64,000 nt of DNA from Longimicrobiales bacterium (GTDB lineage Bacteria; Gemmatimonadota; Gemmatimonadetes; Longimicrobiales; Gaopeijiaceae), in assembly GCA_965249725.1 (NCBI GenBank), contig CBDFMQ010000002.1, positions 1,568,001-1,632,000 on the forward strand, read 5' to 3'. Of the stretch, positions 44,074-54,166 are shown one piece after another; position 1 is the first letter of the stretch; each line of letters begins with the position of its first letter. The translations under genes and the position numbers were made by a program. The notes under the pieces were generated by a model. The model saw only the letters and a program-made list of their open reading frames with translations, was not told the origin of the DNA and searched no databases.

Positions 44074-45756
44074 TCAATTCGAACCGGGTGCCAGGGACGT
44101 ACCTGCTCCGGAGGCGGCCTGCCCATCGGGGCCCCCGACCGCACCGGCGGATCGGAAGAGCGCCTGTGGCGACTCGGAAGTGTGGAGCAGCTCGATGGCC
44201 TTGCTGAGTTGGGCGTCACGCGTCCGGATCTGGCGGAAAGCGTCTTCCTCGTCCCAAGCTTGTGCGGCGATCTCCCTCTCGAGCTGATACGTCACGAAGC
44301 GAGTCGCCGCCGTGTAGTCGGCTCGATCCAACTCCACCGCGTGCTCATCCACGAGATACCGATAGAACCGGTCGAGATCGGCGGCGGACGTAGTGAAGCC
44401 GATCTGCAGGTTCGGGTGCTCCTGTACATAGCTCACGGAAAAGTTGAAGAGCGCCGTGGCGAAGACGCCGGCGGAGCGGAAGACACGTTGGACCGCCTCT
44501 TGCTCGGTGAGGTTCAACGTGTCGGGCAGCACAGTCAGATCGGGTGTGATGCCTCCCCCCGCAAGAAGCCGTCTCCCACCCATGGACTCGACCGCCGGCC
44601 TGTCCTCGGGATCGTCCCTGAGGACGCGCTGGCCGCTCAGCGCCAGCGTGGACGTCTCCGGGGTGCGTGAAGCCACCTGATCCTCTCGCGTCATGTGGAT
44701 GGACCGTCCGACCGGTGTATACCACCGTGCCGTGGTCAGGCGGAGGATGTTACCCCCGCTCAGCCGGTACAGCGTCTGCACCGACCCTTTGCCGTAGCTG
44801 CGCCCGCCAATGACGAGCGCCCGGTCGTGATCCTGCAACGCACCCGCCACGATCTCAGATGAACTCGCGCTGTTCTGGTTCAGCAATACGACCACCGGAA
44901 GGTCCGGGAGCAGATCGGGTCTCGACGCGGCGTATTGCTGGTTCTGGCCGGAAGCCCGGCCCCGGGTCTCCATGATGGCGGACGAGCTGGGGAGGAACAT
45001 GTCCGCGATGGCGACGCCCTCGTCCAGCAACCCGCCGGGGTTGTTTCTCAGGTCGAGGACGAGCGAAGTCATGCCCTGGGACTGGAGGCTCGCGATGGCC
45101 TCCCGCATCTCGCGACCCGAGGTCTCACTGAACACCTGAAGGGGGATGTAGCCTACCCCGTCTTCCACCATGAGCGAGAACGGCACCGACCGCAGCTCGA
45201 TGACGTCCCGGGTCAACTTGAACGGAATCGCCTCGTCGACACCGGGGCGGCGGATCATCATCTCCACCTCGGTCCCGGGGCTCCCCCGGAGCCGGTCGGC
45301 GGCCATGTCCGTCTCCCAATCCTCCGCGGATGCACCCTCGACCTCGATGATCTGATCGCCCGCGCGAATGCCGGCCCGAATTGCAGGCCCGCCGGGCAAC
45401 GCGTTGATGACGGTTACCCAATCTTCCCTCTTCAGAATCTCGAGACCGACGCCCCCGTATTCGGCGTCTGCTCCACTGCGGAACCGGAAGCTCTCCCAGG
45501 TCGCAGCGTCGATGAACGAGGTGTGGGGGTCTCCGAGATCCTCCAGCACACCCTCGATGGCCGATTCCACCAGGCCGGACCGATCCACCGGGTCGACAAA
45601 CTGCTCCGAGACGTGCTCGATCACTTCCTGGAACAGCCTGGCCTGCACGTAGACGTTGGTCTCTTGCTCAACGCCGCGCTGCAGGAACCACCCACCGGTG
45701 ACCAGGGCGACGGCCAACACCACCACCGGTCCAAGAATCGATCTGGAATCTCTCAT
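44074..45756 (-). CDS. S41 family C-terminal processing peptidase
   Basis: DPHT, PDZ domain, DLRNNPGGLL, SASSSEIVAGALQD, GKGSVQ. Confidence 0.95.
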   Translation of the reverse strand: MRDSRSILGPVVVLAVALVTGGWFLQRGVEQETNVYVQARLFQEVIEHVSEQFVDPVDRSGLVESAIEGVLEDLGDPHTSFIDAATWESFRFRSGADAEYGGVGLEILKREDWVTVINALPGGPAIRAGIRAGDQIIEVEGASAEDWETDMAADRLRGSPGTEVEMMIRRPGVDEAIPFKLTRDVIELRSVPFSLMVEDGVGYIPLQVFSETSGREMREAIASLQSQGMTSLVLDLRNNPGGLLDEGVAIADMFLPSSSAIMETRGRASGQNQQYAASRPDLLPDLPVVVLLNQNSASSSEIVAGALQDHDRALVIGGRSYGKGSVQTLYRLSGGNILRLTTARWYTPVGRSIHMTREDQVASRTPETSTLALSGQRVLRDDPEDRPAVESMGGRRLLAGGGITPDLTVLPDTLNLTEQEAVQRVFRSAGVFATALFNFSVSYVQEHPNLQIGFTTSAADLDRFYRYLVDEHAVELDRADYTAATRFVTYQLEREIAAQAWDEEDAFRQIRTRDAQLSKAIELLHTSESPQALFRSAGAVGGPDGQAASGAGTSLAPGSN

Positions 45757-45800
45757 CTCTGCTCCGCCCCCCGAGACCTCGTGCTCATCTTCCAAGAAAA

Positions 45801-46499
45801 CTACTCCTCGAGCCGAGCGAAAGTTGCCGGCATCTCCCTGCGCAGCGTCTCCTTGACGCTCGCATGCACGTCATCGGCCGTACCGCTGGCATCGATCAGA
45901 CAGGCTCGTTCTTCACTCTCTGCCAATGATCTGTAGCCCCTCCTGACCGCCTCGTGGAAGTCGCTCCCACCTGATTCGAGTCGGTCGTCCTGCTTGCCGG
46001 CCGCCTTCTGTCTGGCCCTGCCGACCTCGACGGGAACGTCGAAGACGAGGTAGAGATCGGGAGCCAGGCCGTCGGTCGCGAATCGGTCCAACCGGCGAAC
46101 CTCGTCCAGGTCCAGCCCACGTCCATAGCCCTGATACGCAAAGGTCGACAGCGAAAAGCGATCTGCAATGAAGAGTTCACCACGTTCCAGAACCGGGCGG
46201 ACGATCTCGCGCACGAAAGCGGCTCGAGCCGCCAGGTAGAGCAGCAGTTCCGTCTCCGGAGGCACGCTCAGCTCGGGACGATCCTGGACCACATTTCGGA
46301 TGGCCTCACCCACCTCGGTACCGCCGGGTTCACGCGCGAGCTCGAAGCTCACCCCACACGACTGCAGCCACTCGGCCAACAGGCGTGCCTGGGTGGTCTT
46401 CCCGGCCCCCTCGACGCCCTCCAGTACCAGAAAGGGGCCGCGCTCCGGACTACTCGTAGTACTCGCGCCCCAGGTGCGTGATCTGCTCCTCACCGGCAA
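45801..46499 (-). CDS. tmk: Thymidylate kinase (start uncertain)
   Basis: LEGVEGAGKTT, REPGGT, DRF..AYQG. Confidence 0.95.
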   Translation of the reverse strand: MPVRSRSRTWGASTTSSPERGPFLVLEGVEGAGKTTQARLLAEWLQSCGVSFELAREPGGTEVGEAIRNVVQDRPELSVPPETELLLYLAARAAFVREIVRPVLERGELFIADRFSLSTFAYQGYGRGLDLDEVRRLDRFATDGLAPDLYLVFDVPVEVGRARQKAAGKQDDRLESGGSDFHEAVRRGYRSLAESEERACLIDASGTADDVHASVKETLRREMPATFARLEE

Positions 46500-47760
46500 G
46501 CCAGCGCAGCGTGTTCTTCAGCTTCCAGTGCTGGATGAACAGGTCGTGCTCCGGATACAGGCCCGGAGCGCACTGCGGGCTCTTGAAGTAGAAGGAGAGC
46601 CACTCCTGAATGCCGCCCATCCCGGCCCGGCCGGCCAGGTCCATGAACAAGGCCAGGTCCAGGACGATCGGCGCCGCAAGAATGGAGTCCTTGCAGAGGA
46701 AGTCGACCTTGATCTGCATCGGGTAACCGAGCCATCCGAAGATGTCGATGTTGTCCCAACCCTCTTTATCGTCCCCGCGCGGCGGATAGTAGTTGATCCG
46801 GACTTTGTGGTAGATGTCGCCGTACAGGTCAGGATAGAGGTCCGGCTGCAGAATGTGGTCGATAACGCCCAGCTTCGACTCTTCCTTCGTCTTGAAGCTG
46901 GCCGGATCGTCCAACACGGCCCCGTCCCGATTTCCCAGGATGTTCGTGCTGAACCACCCCTTGATGCCCAACATGCGCGCCTTGAAGCCCGGTGCCAGAA
47001 TGGTCTTCATCAGGGTCTGGCCCGTCTTGAAGTCCTTTCCACCGATCGGAATGGCGTTCTTCTTCGAGTAGTCCTCGAAGGCCGGGAAGTCCGCCGACAG
47101 ATTGGGCGCCCCGTTCGCGTAAGGGACTCCCTCCATGAGGGCCGCGTATGCGTAGAGCATGCTCGGAGCGATGGACTGGTCATTCTCCTCCATCGCCTTC
47201 TCGAACGACTCCATCGTCTCGTGGGTCGGTCCGGGACGGAGGAAGATCTCGGTCGACCCGCACCAGACCATCACGATCCGGTCGCAGTCGTTGTCGGCCT
47301 TGAAGTTGCGGATGTCCTCACGGATCTGCTCCGCGATCTCCCGCTTGTTGGCACCGGTCTTCTTGTTGGGCCCGTCGAGGCGCGTGACGTACTCCTTGTC
47401 GAACGCCGCCGGCATCGGCTTGATGGCCTCGAGCTCGTCCTTGATCGGATCGAGGTGTTCCATGCTCAGCACCCCGGCGTTCACTGCGCTCTCGTAGGCG
47501 TTGTCCGGGATGGGGTCCCAGCCGCCGAAGACGATCTGGTCGAGCTCCGCCAACCCGATGAAGTCCTTGATGAGCGGGGTGCGATTGTCGGTGCGCTGTC
47601 CCAACCGGATGGCGTTCATCTGGGTGAGGCTCCCGATGGGCTTGGCCAGACCCTTCCTGGCCAAGAAGACACCGGCAATGGTCGTGGTGGCCACGGCTCC
47701 CATGCCTGGAAGCAGGACGCCAAGGCGCCCATCAGCGGACCGAATCTCAGGACGTTCCAT
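46450..47760 (-). CDS. ino1: myo-Inositol-1-phosphate synthase
   Basis: GAVATT, FGGWD, GKDFKTGQT, NILGNRDG, DDKEGWD, DSILAAPIVLDL, FYFKSP. Confidence 0.95.
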   Translation of the reverse strand: MERPEIRSADGRLGVLLPGMGAVATTTIAGVFLARKGLAKPIGSLTQMNAIRLGQRTDNRTPLIKDFIGLAELDQIVFGGWDPIPDNAYESAVNAGVLSMEHLDPIKDELEAIKPMPAAFDKEYVTRLDGPNKKTGANKREIAEQIREDIRNFKADNDCDRIVMVWCGSTEIFLRPGPTHETMESFEKAMEENDQSIAPSMLYAYAALMEGVPYANGAPNLSADFPAFEDYSKKNAIPIGGKDFKTGQTLMKTILAPGFKARMLGIKGWFSTNILGNRDGAVLDDPASFKTKEESKLGVIDHILQPDLYPDLYGDIYHKVRINYYPPRGDDKEGWDNIDIFGWLGYPMQIKVDFLCKDSILAAPIVLDLALFMDLAGRAGMGGIQEWLSFYFKSPQCAPGLYPEHDLFIQHWKLKNTLRWLAGEEQITHLGREYYE

Positions 47761-48427
47761 CACTTTTATCTCCGTCGTTCGCGGCTGGAGCTCGCGACCC
47801 GTCCAAGGGCACACCCGCCGCCTGCTTGTAGACCCAAAGAATCCTACGAACCGCCGTGTAGTTGGTGAGCACGGCGAAAATCACGATGACCCCGCTGATG
47901 ACTAATCCATCCCAACTGAGGCCAAAGATAAGCGATCCCAACCCCAACAGGACCACCCGCTCGGCTCTTTGCATCAAGCCGATGGAGCAGTCCAGGCCCA
48001 AGGTCTCCGCCTTGGCCCTCGTATAACTGATCATGAGAGACCCCGCCATGGCCAGCGCGATCAAGTAGATCATGCCGATGTTCAGCAAGGACATCTCGTA
48101 TTGGTTGTAGAGCGAGATGAGCCCAATGTAGATAGCCACCTCACTGATCCGGTCCAGCACCGAGTCGTAGAACGCCCCGAACTTGGACTGAAGCCCCGAC
48201 TCACGGGCCACACGACCGTCGAAGATGTCGTGCGCTCCCCCGAGGAGAACGAAGAATCCCGCGGTACGCACGTGGTCGGTCCCGTAAAGGAACCCGGCGA
48301 ACACCGTCACCGCGAACCCGCTGGTCGTGATGGCGTTCGGATGCACACGCATCCTCACCAGCCACTGGGTCAGCGGATCGATGATCGGGTAGACCCGATC
48401 GCGGAGGTCGTCGAGGTTCTTGCTCAT
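47747..48427 (-). CDS. CDP-alcohol phosphatidyltransferase (probable PI-phosphate synthase)
   Basis: PNAIT, DIFDGRVAR..GAFYDSVLDR signature, SYTRAKAE, G.MQRAER. Confidence 0.88.
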   Translation of the reverse strand: MSKNLDDLRDRVYPIIDPLTQWLVRMRVHPNAITTSGFAVTVFAGFLYGTDHVRTAGFFVLLGGAHDIFDGRVARESGLQSKFGAFYDSVLDRISEVAIYIGLISLYNQYEMSLLNIGMIYLIALAMAGSLMISYTRAKAETLGLDCSIGLMQRAERVVLLGLGSLIFGLSWDGLVISGVIVIFAVLTNYTAVRRILWVYKQAAGVPLDGSRAPAANDGDKSDGTS

Positions 48428-48442
48428 GGGGTTTGGCAGACG

Positions 48443-48799
48443 CTACGGCATGATGATCCGGCTCTCGGCACCCTCCGCGATCCCTTCCTGAATCGTGTGG
48501 TTCACCCTGAGAAGGACCTTGTCGAAGTTCGCCTGGGCCGACACGAGCCGCTGATACGTGGAGCTCGACTGCAGCCGACGGACGGCATCTTCGTAGGTCG
48601 ACTTGAGCTCGTCGTCGGGCTCGCCACCAGCCTGGAGCGCCGCTTCGATCTTCTGCTCGAGGCCTTCGAGCTCCGTGCGCAAATCACCCATCTCCCCATC
48701 GTCCTCGGTCGACGAGACAGCAACCTTGAGAATCTGGTATTCGTCCGTCTGAGCAAGGGCTTTGCCCAGGTCCTTGGCCATCTCCATCATTCGCGACAT
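48443..48799 (-). CDS. YlbF/YmcA-like helical protein
   Basis: AKDLGKALAQTDEY start and ..YQRLVSAQANF..L..VN..I end, resembling Com_YlbF. Confidence 0.7.
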   Translation of the reverse strand: MSRMMEMAKDLGKALAQTDEYQILKVAVSSTEDDGEMGDLRTELEGLEQKIEAALQAGGEPDDELKSTYEDAVRRLQSSSTYQRLVSAQANFDKVLLRVNHTIQEGIAEGAESRIIMP

Positions 48800-48850
48800 G
48801 TATTTCCCGCCTTTGTGGTCCGGACCCGCAGTCCGGAACGGGTGGATGTT

Positions 48851-49759
48851 CTATTCTCGCGTCCGCTCCGCCATCACGATGCGTGGGCGTCCGCTCAGAT
48901 CCCGTCGTACCCGGGGGGGGCCGAACGCCCCCGTCTCCTCAATCAACTCGACCACGCGGGACTCCTGTCCCGTGCCGACCTCGAGGGCCAGAAGCCCCTC
49001 CGGCCGCACCCACGACGCGACGCCGGCAATCAGTGGCCGGATCACATCCAGCCCGTCCTCCCCGGCAAACAGCGCGCCCGAGGGCTCCCACTCACTGACT
49101 TCGGGCTCCAGATCAGGCCTCTGCCCCTCTTCCACATAGGGAGGGTTCGAAACGACGACGTCGAATCTCTCCTCCCCTTCCAGAGCGTCGAACAACTGGC
49201 CCGTACGAAAGTCGACCTTATCGGCGACGTCGTGCCTTCGTGCGTTTTCTTCGGCGACCTCGAGCGCTTCCGACGAGACGTCGGTCGCTATGATCCGCTC
49301 ACAGGTCCCCTCGACCGCGAGCGAAAGGGCGACCGCGCCACTGCCCGTCCCGAGATCACACACACACCCTAGGCCCTCGGGCCTTCCGGCGGCCCAGCCG
49401 AGAACCTCTTCGACCAACACCTCGGTCTCCGGACGCGGCACCAACACTCTCGGGTCGGTCATCAAGTCCAATTCCCGGAAAGCCGTCCGGCCGAGAATGT
49501 ACTGTAGCGGCTCCCTGCTGGCCCTGCGCCGCAACAAGGGCTTGAACGCTCCCCGTTCTTCAGGACTCAGCGGCCGATCGTACTGCAGGTACAACTGCAG
49601 CCGCTCCAACTCGAGCGCGTCGGCCAGGAGCCACTCCGCATCCAGGCGGCTGTTCTCGACACCCTTCTCCGCCAAGTAGTCGGCACTCCAAAGAATCATG
49701 CGCAGAATCGTCCACGCCTCCTCGGAGTCGGCACTCTCTCGGACCTCGCCCGCGCTCAC
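48851..49759 (-). CDS. prmC: Release factor glutamine methyltransferase
   Basis: [27 protein letters not shown]. Confidence 0.97.
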   Translation of the reverse strand: MSAGEVRESADSEEAWTILRMILWSADYLAEKGVENSRLDAEWLLADALELERLQLYLQYDRPLSPEERGAFKPLLRRRASREPLQYILGRTAFRELDLMTDPRVLVPRPETEVLVEEVLGWAAGRPEGLGCVCDLGTGSGAVALSLAVEGTCERIIATDVSSEALEVAEENARRHDVADKVDFRTGQLFDALEGEERFDVVVSNPPYVEEGQRPDLEPEVSEWEPSGALFAGEDGLDVIRPLIAGVASWVRPEGLLALEVGTGQESRVVELIEETGAFGPPRVRRDLSGRPRIVMAERTRE

Positions 49760-50856
49760 TCCCCGTCGCCCCGAAGGCGCTCTTCCTGATCCGCGAGGCG
49801 CAGAGCCTCGATCACATCGCTCAGGTCGCCATCCAGTACCTGAGCCAGATTGTGGACGGTGAGCTTGATCCGGTGATCGGTCACGCGGCTCTGGGGAAAG
49901 TTGTAGGTACGGATCTTCGCAGATCGGTCCCCAGTCCCCACCTGAGCACGTCGTTCTCTCGATCTCTCGGCCTCCTGCTCAGCGATCTTCTGGTCCAGCA
50001 GACGGCTCCTCAGGACCTTGAGCGCCTTCGCCTTGTTCTTGTGCTGAGACTTTTCGTCCTGCTGCGACACGACGAGCCCGGACGGCACGTGCGTGATGCG
50101 CACCGCCGAGTCCGTCGTGTTCACGGACTGGCCACCGGGTCCCGAGGAACGGAATACGTCGATCCGCAGGTCCTTCGGATCGATCTCCAGATCGACCTCT
50201 TCGGCCTCCGGCAGCACGGCCACCGTCGCCGCCGACGTGTGGATCCTGCCCTGGCTCTCGGTCTCCGGAACGCGCTGCACCCGGTGCACTCCGGACTCGA
50301 AGCGGAGACGTCCGTACACGCCCTTCCCACGCACCGTGAAGATGGCCTCTTTGATCGACCCAGGGATGCCCTCAGAGAGGTTCATGAGCTCGACACTCCA
50401 CCCCTCGCGCTCCGCGGCTCTCTTGTACATGCGGAAGAGATCGTGGGCAAACAGCCCGGCCTCGTCGCCTCCGGTCCCGGCGCGTATCTCCACGACGGCA
50501 GCGCGGTCATCCAGCGGGTCCTTCGGAATGAGGAGCTTCTTCGCCTCGCCTTCCAGCTTCTGGAGCTGCTCCTCGAGGGACGCGATCTCGTCCTCGGCCA
50601 TGGAGCGCATCTCTGGATCGTCCGTCTCTGCAAGCAACTCCCGGGCGCCCTCGTGCTCGTCCAACAGGCCCAGCAGTTGATCAGCGACCTGGACCACCGG
50701 CTCGAGCTCGGCTCGCTCTTTGCCGAGTTCACGGAGTCGATCCAGGTTTTGGACGACCCCGGGGTCGGCCAACTCGGTGTCCACGTCACGGAAACGTCCC
50801 TGAGCTTCACGGAGACGCTCGAGAAGCCGCTCGTCGACTCCTCCGGGGTTACCCAT
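49756..50856 (-). CDS. prfA: Peptide chain release factor 1
   Basis: GTGGDEA, VPET (PxT), GGQ, RTYNFPQ. Confidence 0.98.
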   Translation of the reverse strand: MGNPGGVDERLLERLREAQGRFRDVDTELADPGVVQNLDRLRELGKERAELEPVVQVADQLLGLLDEHEGARELLAETDDPEMRSMAEDEIASLEEQLQKLEGEAKKLLIPKDPLDDRAAVVEIRAGTGGDEAGLFAHDLFRMYKRAAEREGWSVELMNLSEGIPGSIKEAIFTVRGKGVYGRLRFESGVHRVQRVPETESQGRIHTSAATVAVLPEAEEVDLEIDPKDLRIDVFRSSGPGGQSVNTTDSAVRITHVPSGLVVSQQDEKSQHKNKAKALKVLRSRLLDQKIAEQEAERSRERRAQVGTGDRSAKIRTYNFPQSRVTDHRIKLTVHNLAQVLDGDLSDVIEALRLADQEERLRGDGE

Positions 50857-50880
50857 ATGCGAACCGGACCTGGTTTCGTC

Positions 50881-51087
50881 CTACTTGCTGGCCTTCTCGT
50901 ACTTCTTCTTGAAGCGCTCGACCCGTCCAGCCGTGTCGACCAGGCGCTGCTTGCCCGTATAGAACGGGTGGCACACGGAGCAGATGTCGGTGTGGACCTC
51001 GGCCTGCGTGGCCTTGGTCTCGAACGTGTGCCCACACGAGCAGGTCACCATCGCCTGCACGTATTCAGGGTGGATACCCTCTTTCAT
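50881..51087 (-). CDS. rpmE: 50S ribosomal protein L31 (zinc-binding, C+ type)
   Basis: [26 protein letters not shown]. Confidence 0.98.
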   Translation of the reverse strand: MKEGIHPEYVQAMVTCSCGHTFETKATQAEVHTDICSVCHPFYTGKQRLVDTAGRVERFKKKYEKASK

Positions 51088-51199
51088 GATCCATCTCCGA
51101 TATTCAACAGAAAGCGGTCCGGGGAATCTCGGCGAAAACCGTGCCGGGTGCCCGACGAGAACGCCTCGCGGGAATCCGCGCCCGCTCTTTAGCCTGGGG

Positions 51200-51228
51200 A
51201 ATATAGAAATGTGGTCAAGTCAGTTCAA
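51200..51228 (-). promoter_or_regulatory. Sigma70 promoter of rpmE-prfA-prmC
   Basis: TTGAAC-N17-TATATT. Confidence 0.65.
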
Positions 51229-52853
51229 GCACGTGAGCGATTACGGCCTGAACCTGCCAAGAGTAGCAGCGTCAGAACCACCGACAGGGGGCCGACGATG
51301 TCTCCAGTGCGGGTGTAGAGCGTGGTGACGTCGCTCGTGTGGAGCGTGGCCGCTCGCACCGCGGGGTTGAAGAGTTCCGTCTGATCGTGGATCCGTCCTC
51401 GAGGATCGACGAACAGAGAGATGCCCGTGTTCGCTGCCCGGGCGACGCCGACCCGATTCTCGATGGCGCGCATGACCAGGTGGGCCGGGTGCTGCCAAAG
51501 CGCGCCCGTTCGGGAATACCATGGCTGCCGTCCGAACCACGCGTCGTTCGTGATGTTCACCAGGATGTCGGCACCCGCGAGGCGGAACTGTCGGACGTGC
51601 GAGGCGAAGGCGGACTCGACGCAGATCAGCGTTCCGAACCGCACACCGCTGCGGGTCTGGCCGAGCGGCCAATCACTGCCTCGTCCGTACTGGCCGAAGA
51701 CCTGCCTGCTCGCCACCCACGCCACGGGCACGAAGGGGACCCGCTCCACCAGGGGCACCAGTCGGTGCTTGTCGTATCGGAAGTCGCTGAGGGTGCCATC
51801 GGCTGCGGTGAGGTACGCCGAATTGAACGGCACCGACCCATGGGTGCCCTCCGTGCCTTGGCCGATCGCACCGAACAGCACGGGAGCACCCCACCGCCTC
51901 GCCGCCCCCTCGACACGCATAAGGAGCTCATCGTCCGCTTCGATGCGCGCCAGGATCGTCGCCTCGGGCCAGATGACGAGTTCGGGGGCCGGCTCTCCGA
52001 GCCCTTCGGGCGCATCCTCGCCGGCCGCACCGGGAGCCAGCCTCGAGAGCGCGGCCAGCGTGCTGTCGATCGTGCTCGCGGGATCGAGCCGGACCGGCTG
52101 GGCGACGTTGGGCTGCACCACGACCACCTCCCCGACGGATCGAACAGGTAGGGCAACGGCCCGTCGGTAGCCCCACCAGGCCGGCACAGCCAGCACCACG
52201 GTGAACGTTACCGCCCACCGCACCGCCCACCGCACCGCCCACGGCCACGCCCTCCGCGGTCCTTGCTCGCCGCGAGCCGAAAGGACCGCCTCGGCCACCA
52301 GTCCGTTCAGGAGGGCCAGCCAGAACGTGATCCCCCGAGCCCCCACGAGCTCGGCGAATCCCACCAGCTCGGGGTAGCCCGTCAGCGACGTTCCCAGACC
52401 CAGCCAGGGTAGTGCCACGCCGCCGGGGGCATGAGCCCGCAGCCACTCGAGGGCCGTCCACGCCAGGGGAAGGGCGAGCCACAGAGGCACACCGCCGCGG
52501 CATACCATGCGGTGGAGCGCCCACCCGAACGCCCCCGCGCAGACCGCGAGCGCCGCGACCACCGCCAGGTACGCCGGAATCGCCCACCACGTGAACCAGA
52601 TGAGGGCCAGAGCGATCCAGTGGAAGAGAAGCCCGAAGTACAGGAATCCGAACCAGGCTCCCCCTTTGAACGCATCCCCCGGCCCGCTTGCGGCGTCAGC
52701 CGCGTCGCCAGGACCACCTCGATCCACGATCCAGACCGCGAGCGGGACCAGGCCGACGAAGGACGGGATCAGGAAGTGGAACGGCGGAAACGCGCTGGCG
52801 AGAAGTACCGCTGAGACGGCGGGGACCAGCCGGTCCCCGGGCTTCGGAATCAT
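51225..52853 (-). CDS. lnt: Apolipoprotein N-acyltransferase
   Basis: Multi-TM N-terminus, QPN, WPE, YDKHRLVP, ICVES, NITNDAWF, RAIENR, RAANTGIS. Confidence 0.95.
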   Translation of the reverse strand: MIPKPGDRLVPAVSAVLLASAFPPFHFLIPSFVGLVPLAVWIVDRGGPGDAADAASGPGDAFKGGAWFGFLYFGLLFHWIALALIWFTWWAIPAYLAVVAALAVCAGAFGWALHRMVCRGGVPLWLALPLAWTALEWLRAHAPGGVALPWLGLGTSLTGYPELVGFAELVGARGITFWLALLNGLVAEAVLSARGEQGPRRAWPWAVRWAVRWAVTFTVVLAVPAWWGYRRAVALPVRSVGEVVVVQPNVAQPVRLDPASTIDSTLAALSRLAPGAAGEDAPEGLGEPAPELVIWPEATILARIEADDELLMRVEGAARRWGAPVLFGAIGQGTEGTHGSVPFNSAYLTAADGTLSDFRYDKHRLVPLVERVPFVPVAWVASRQVFGQYGRGSDWPLGQTRSGVRFGTLICVESAFASHVRQFRLAGADILVNITNDAWFGRQPWYSRTGALWQHPAHLVMRAIENRVGVARAANTGISLFVDPRGRIHDQTELFNPAVRAATLHTSDVTTLYTRTGDIVGPLSVVLTLLLLAGSGRNRSRA

Positions 52854-54166
52854 CCCCCGGCCGGCGGCCACGCCTCAAGCACACCCCACGCGAGCCCCAA
52901 ATGGGCGGGCAGCGTGAGCGCCAGAATCTCCCCGTTGATCTGGTCGAGGCCCGGCAGTACCTGCAACACGAAGCCGGCCATCGCCATGCCGGCAACGGTG
53001 ATCGCTGCGAGCCTCGTCCAGCCGCTCCGACCCTTCCCGACGACGGACAGGATCATCAGAACAGCCAACACCAGCGAGACGGGCTGGGCCTGAAACGCAT
53101 TCTCGTTCAGACCCCAGAAGAAGTGATCCGTGTAGAACCACGAGAGAATCAACGCCGAACCCAGGAGTCCCACGATCAGGCTCCACCCGCCTCCGGCGAG
53201 TGCGAGAAGCCAAGCCGCCCACCGCCTGCCTTTCCCGGCCGTGCGTCCTGCTGCTGCAAACAGCCCCCCGAGCACGGCGCCGGCCAACAGGAACCCGAAG
53301 AGCATGTTAGGCGCGCTACTCGGGACGGGCTCCTGCCGAGCGTCCACCACCTGCACGGCGGCTCCGAGGAGCGGCGCTTCGGCGCCGTCCGGCGTATCGA
53401 TGACAATCTCGCCAAGGTGGCTCTGGAGGGGCAGCGGCAGGAACATCTCGTCCCAAACCGATATGGGCTCGTCCCCCCGGTTGCCCACGACGAACTGGAT
53501 GCCCGCGTAGGCCGCCAGCACCGGCTCCAGAAGCCGGGCGGTATGCCAACGGTAGGTCGCGTCTGCCTCCAGGCCCTCGGTCGACTCCCGTATCTGCCCG
53601 TCCAGAACCAGGTCGAGGGCATCGCGGACGCGAGTGGAGCAGTTGTCCCGGTAGTAGTCGTACCGGTAGTAGCGATTGGCCTCGGTGTCGGTCTCGCGAA
53701 TATGCGACTGGAGCTCGAGCCGTTGCCCGGGGGTCAGGTTGACCCGCTGCATCCAGACGCTGCGATTCGCCCGCCGATAGACCTCGATCATGTCGACCGA
53801 GCGATACCCGGCCATCCAGTAGCGCATGCGACCCCGCGCCAGGCGCGTAATGAAGTCGGACTGGCTGAAGTCGAACATGCCCCAGTTGTAGGCGATCTCG
53901 GTCCCAGCGAAGTCATCCCGGATGACCAGCGCGTTGTGGCTGAATCGCTCCCAGATGGCTTCGCCCGGTCCCATAGTCATCAGGAAGACCTCGAGGTGGG
54001 AACCCGGTGCGGCGCTCATGGAGTCGCCGGGCGGCGGAGCGACCTGAGCCGACACGGCCGTCCAGGAGCCGACGATGCACACGGCGGCGAACACGGAGGC
54101 GCCCACCACCACTCCAAGGAGAGCCAGCCTCGTCCCTAGGAGACGCCGAGGTCCCTCAGCCTTCAC
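52850..54166 (-). CDS. DUF4105 / Lnb-like membrane protein
   Basis: GPG...WERFSHNAL, YNWGMFDF, YRYDYYRDNCSTR, MFLP, C-terminal TM helices. Confidence 0.8.
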   Translation of the reverse strand: MKAEGPRRLLGTRLALLGVVVGASVFAAVCIVGSWTAVSAQVAPPPGDSMSAAPGSHLEVFLMTMGPGEAIWERFSHNALVIRDDFAGTEIAYNWGMFDFSQSDFITRLARGRMRYWMAGYRSVDMIEVYRRANRSVWMQRVNLTPGQRLELQSHIRETDTEANRYYRYDYYRDNCSTRVRDALDLVLDGQIRESTEGLEADATYRWHTARLLEPVLAAYAGIQFVVGNRGDEPISVWDEMFLPLPLQSHLGEIVIDTPDGAEAPLLGAAVQVVDARQEPVPSSAPNMLFGFLLAGAVLGGLFAAAGRTAGKGRRWAAWLLALAGGGWSLIVGLLGSALILSWFYTDHFFWGLNENAFQAQPVSLVLAVLMILSVVGKGRSGWTRLAAITVAGMAMAGFVLQVLPGLDQINGEILALTLPAHLGLAWGVLEAWPPAGG

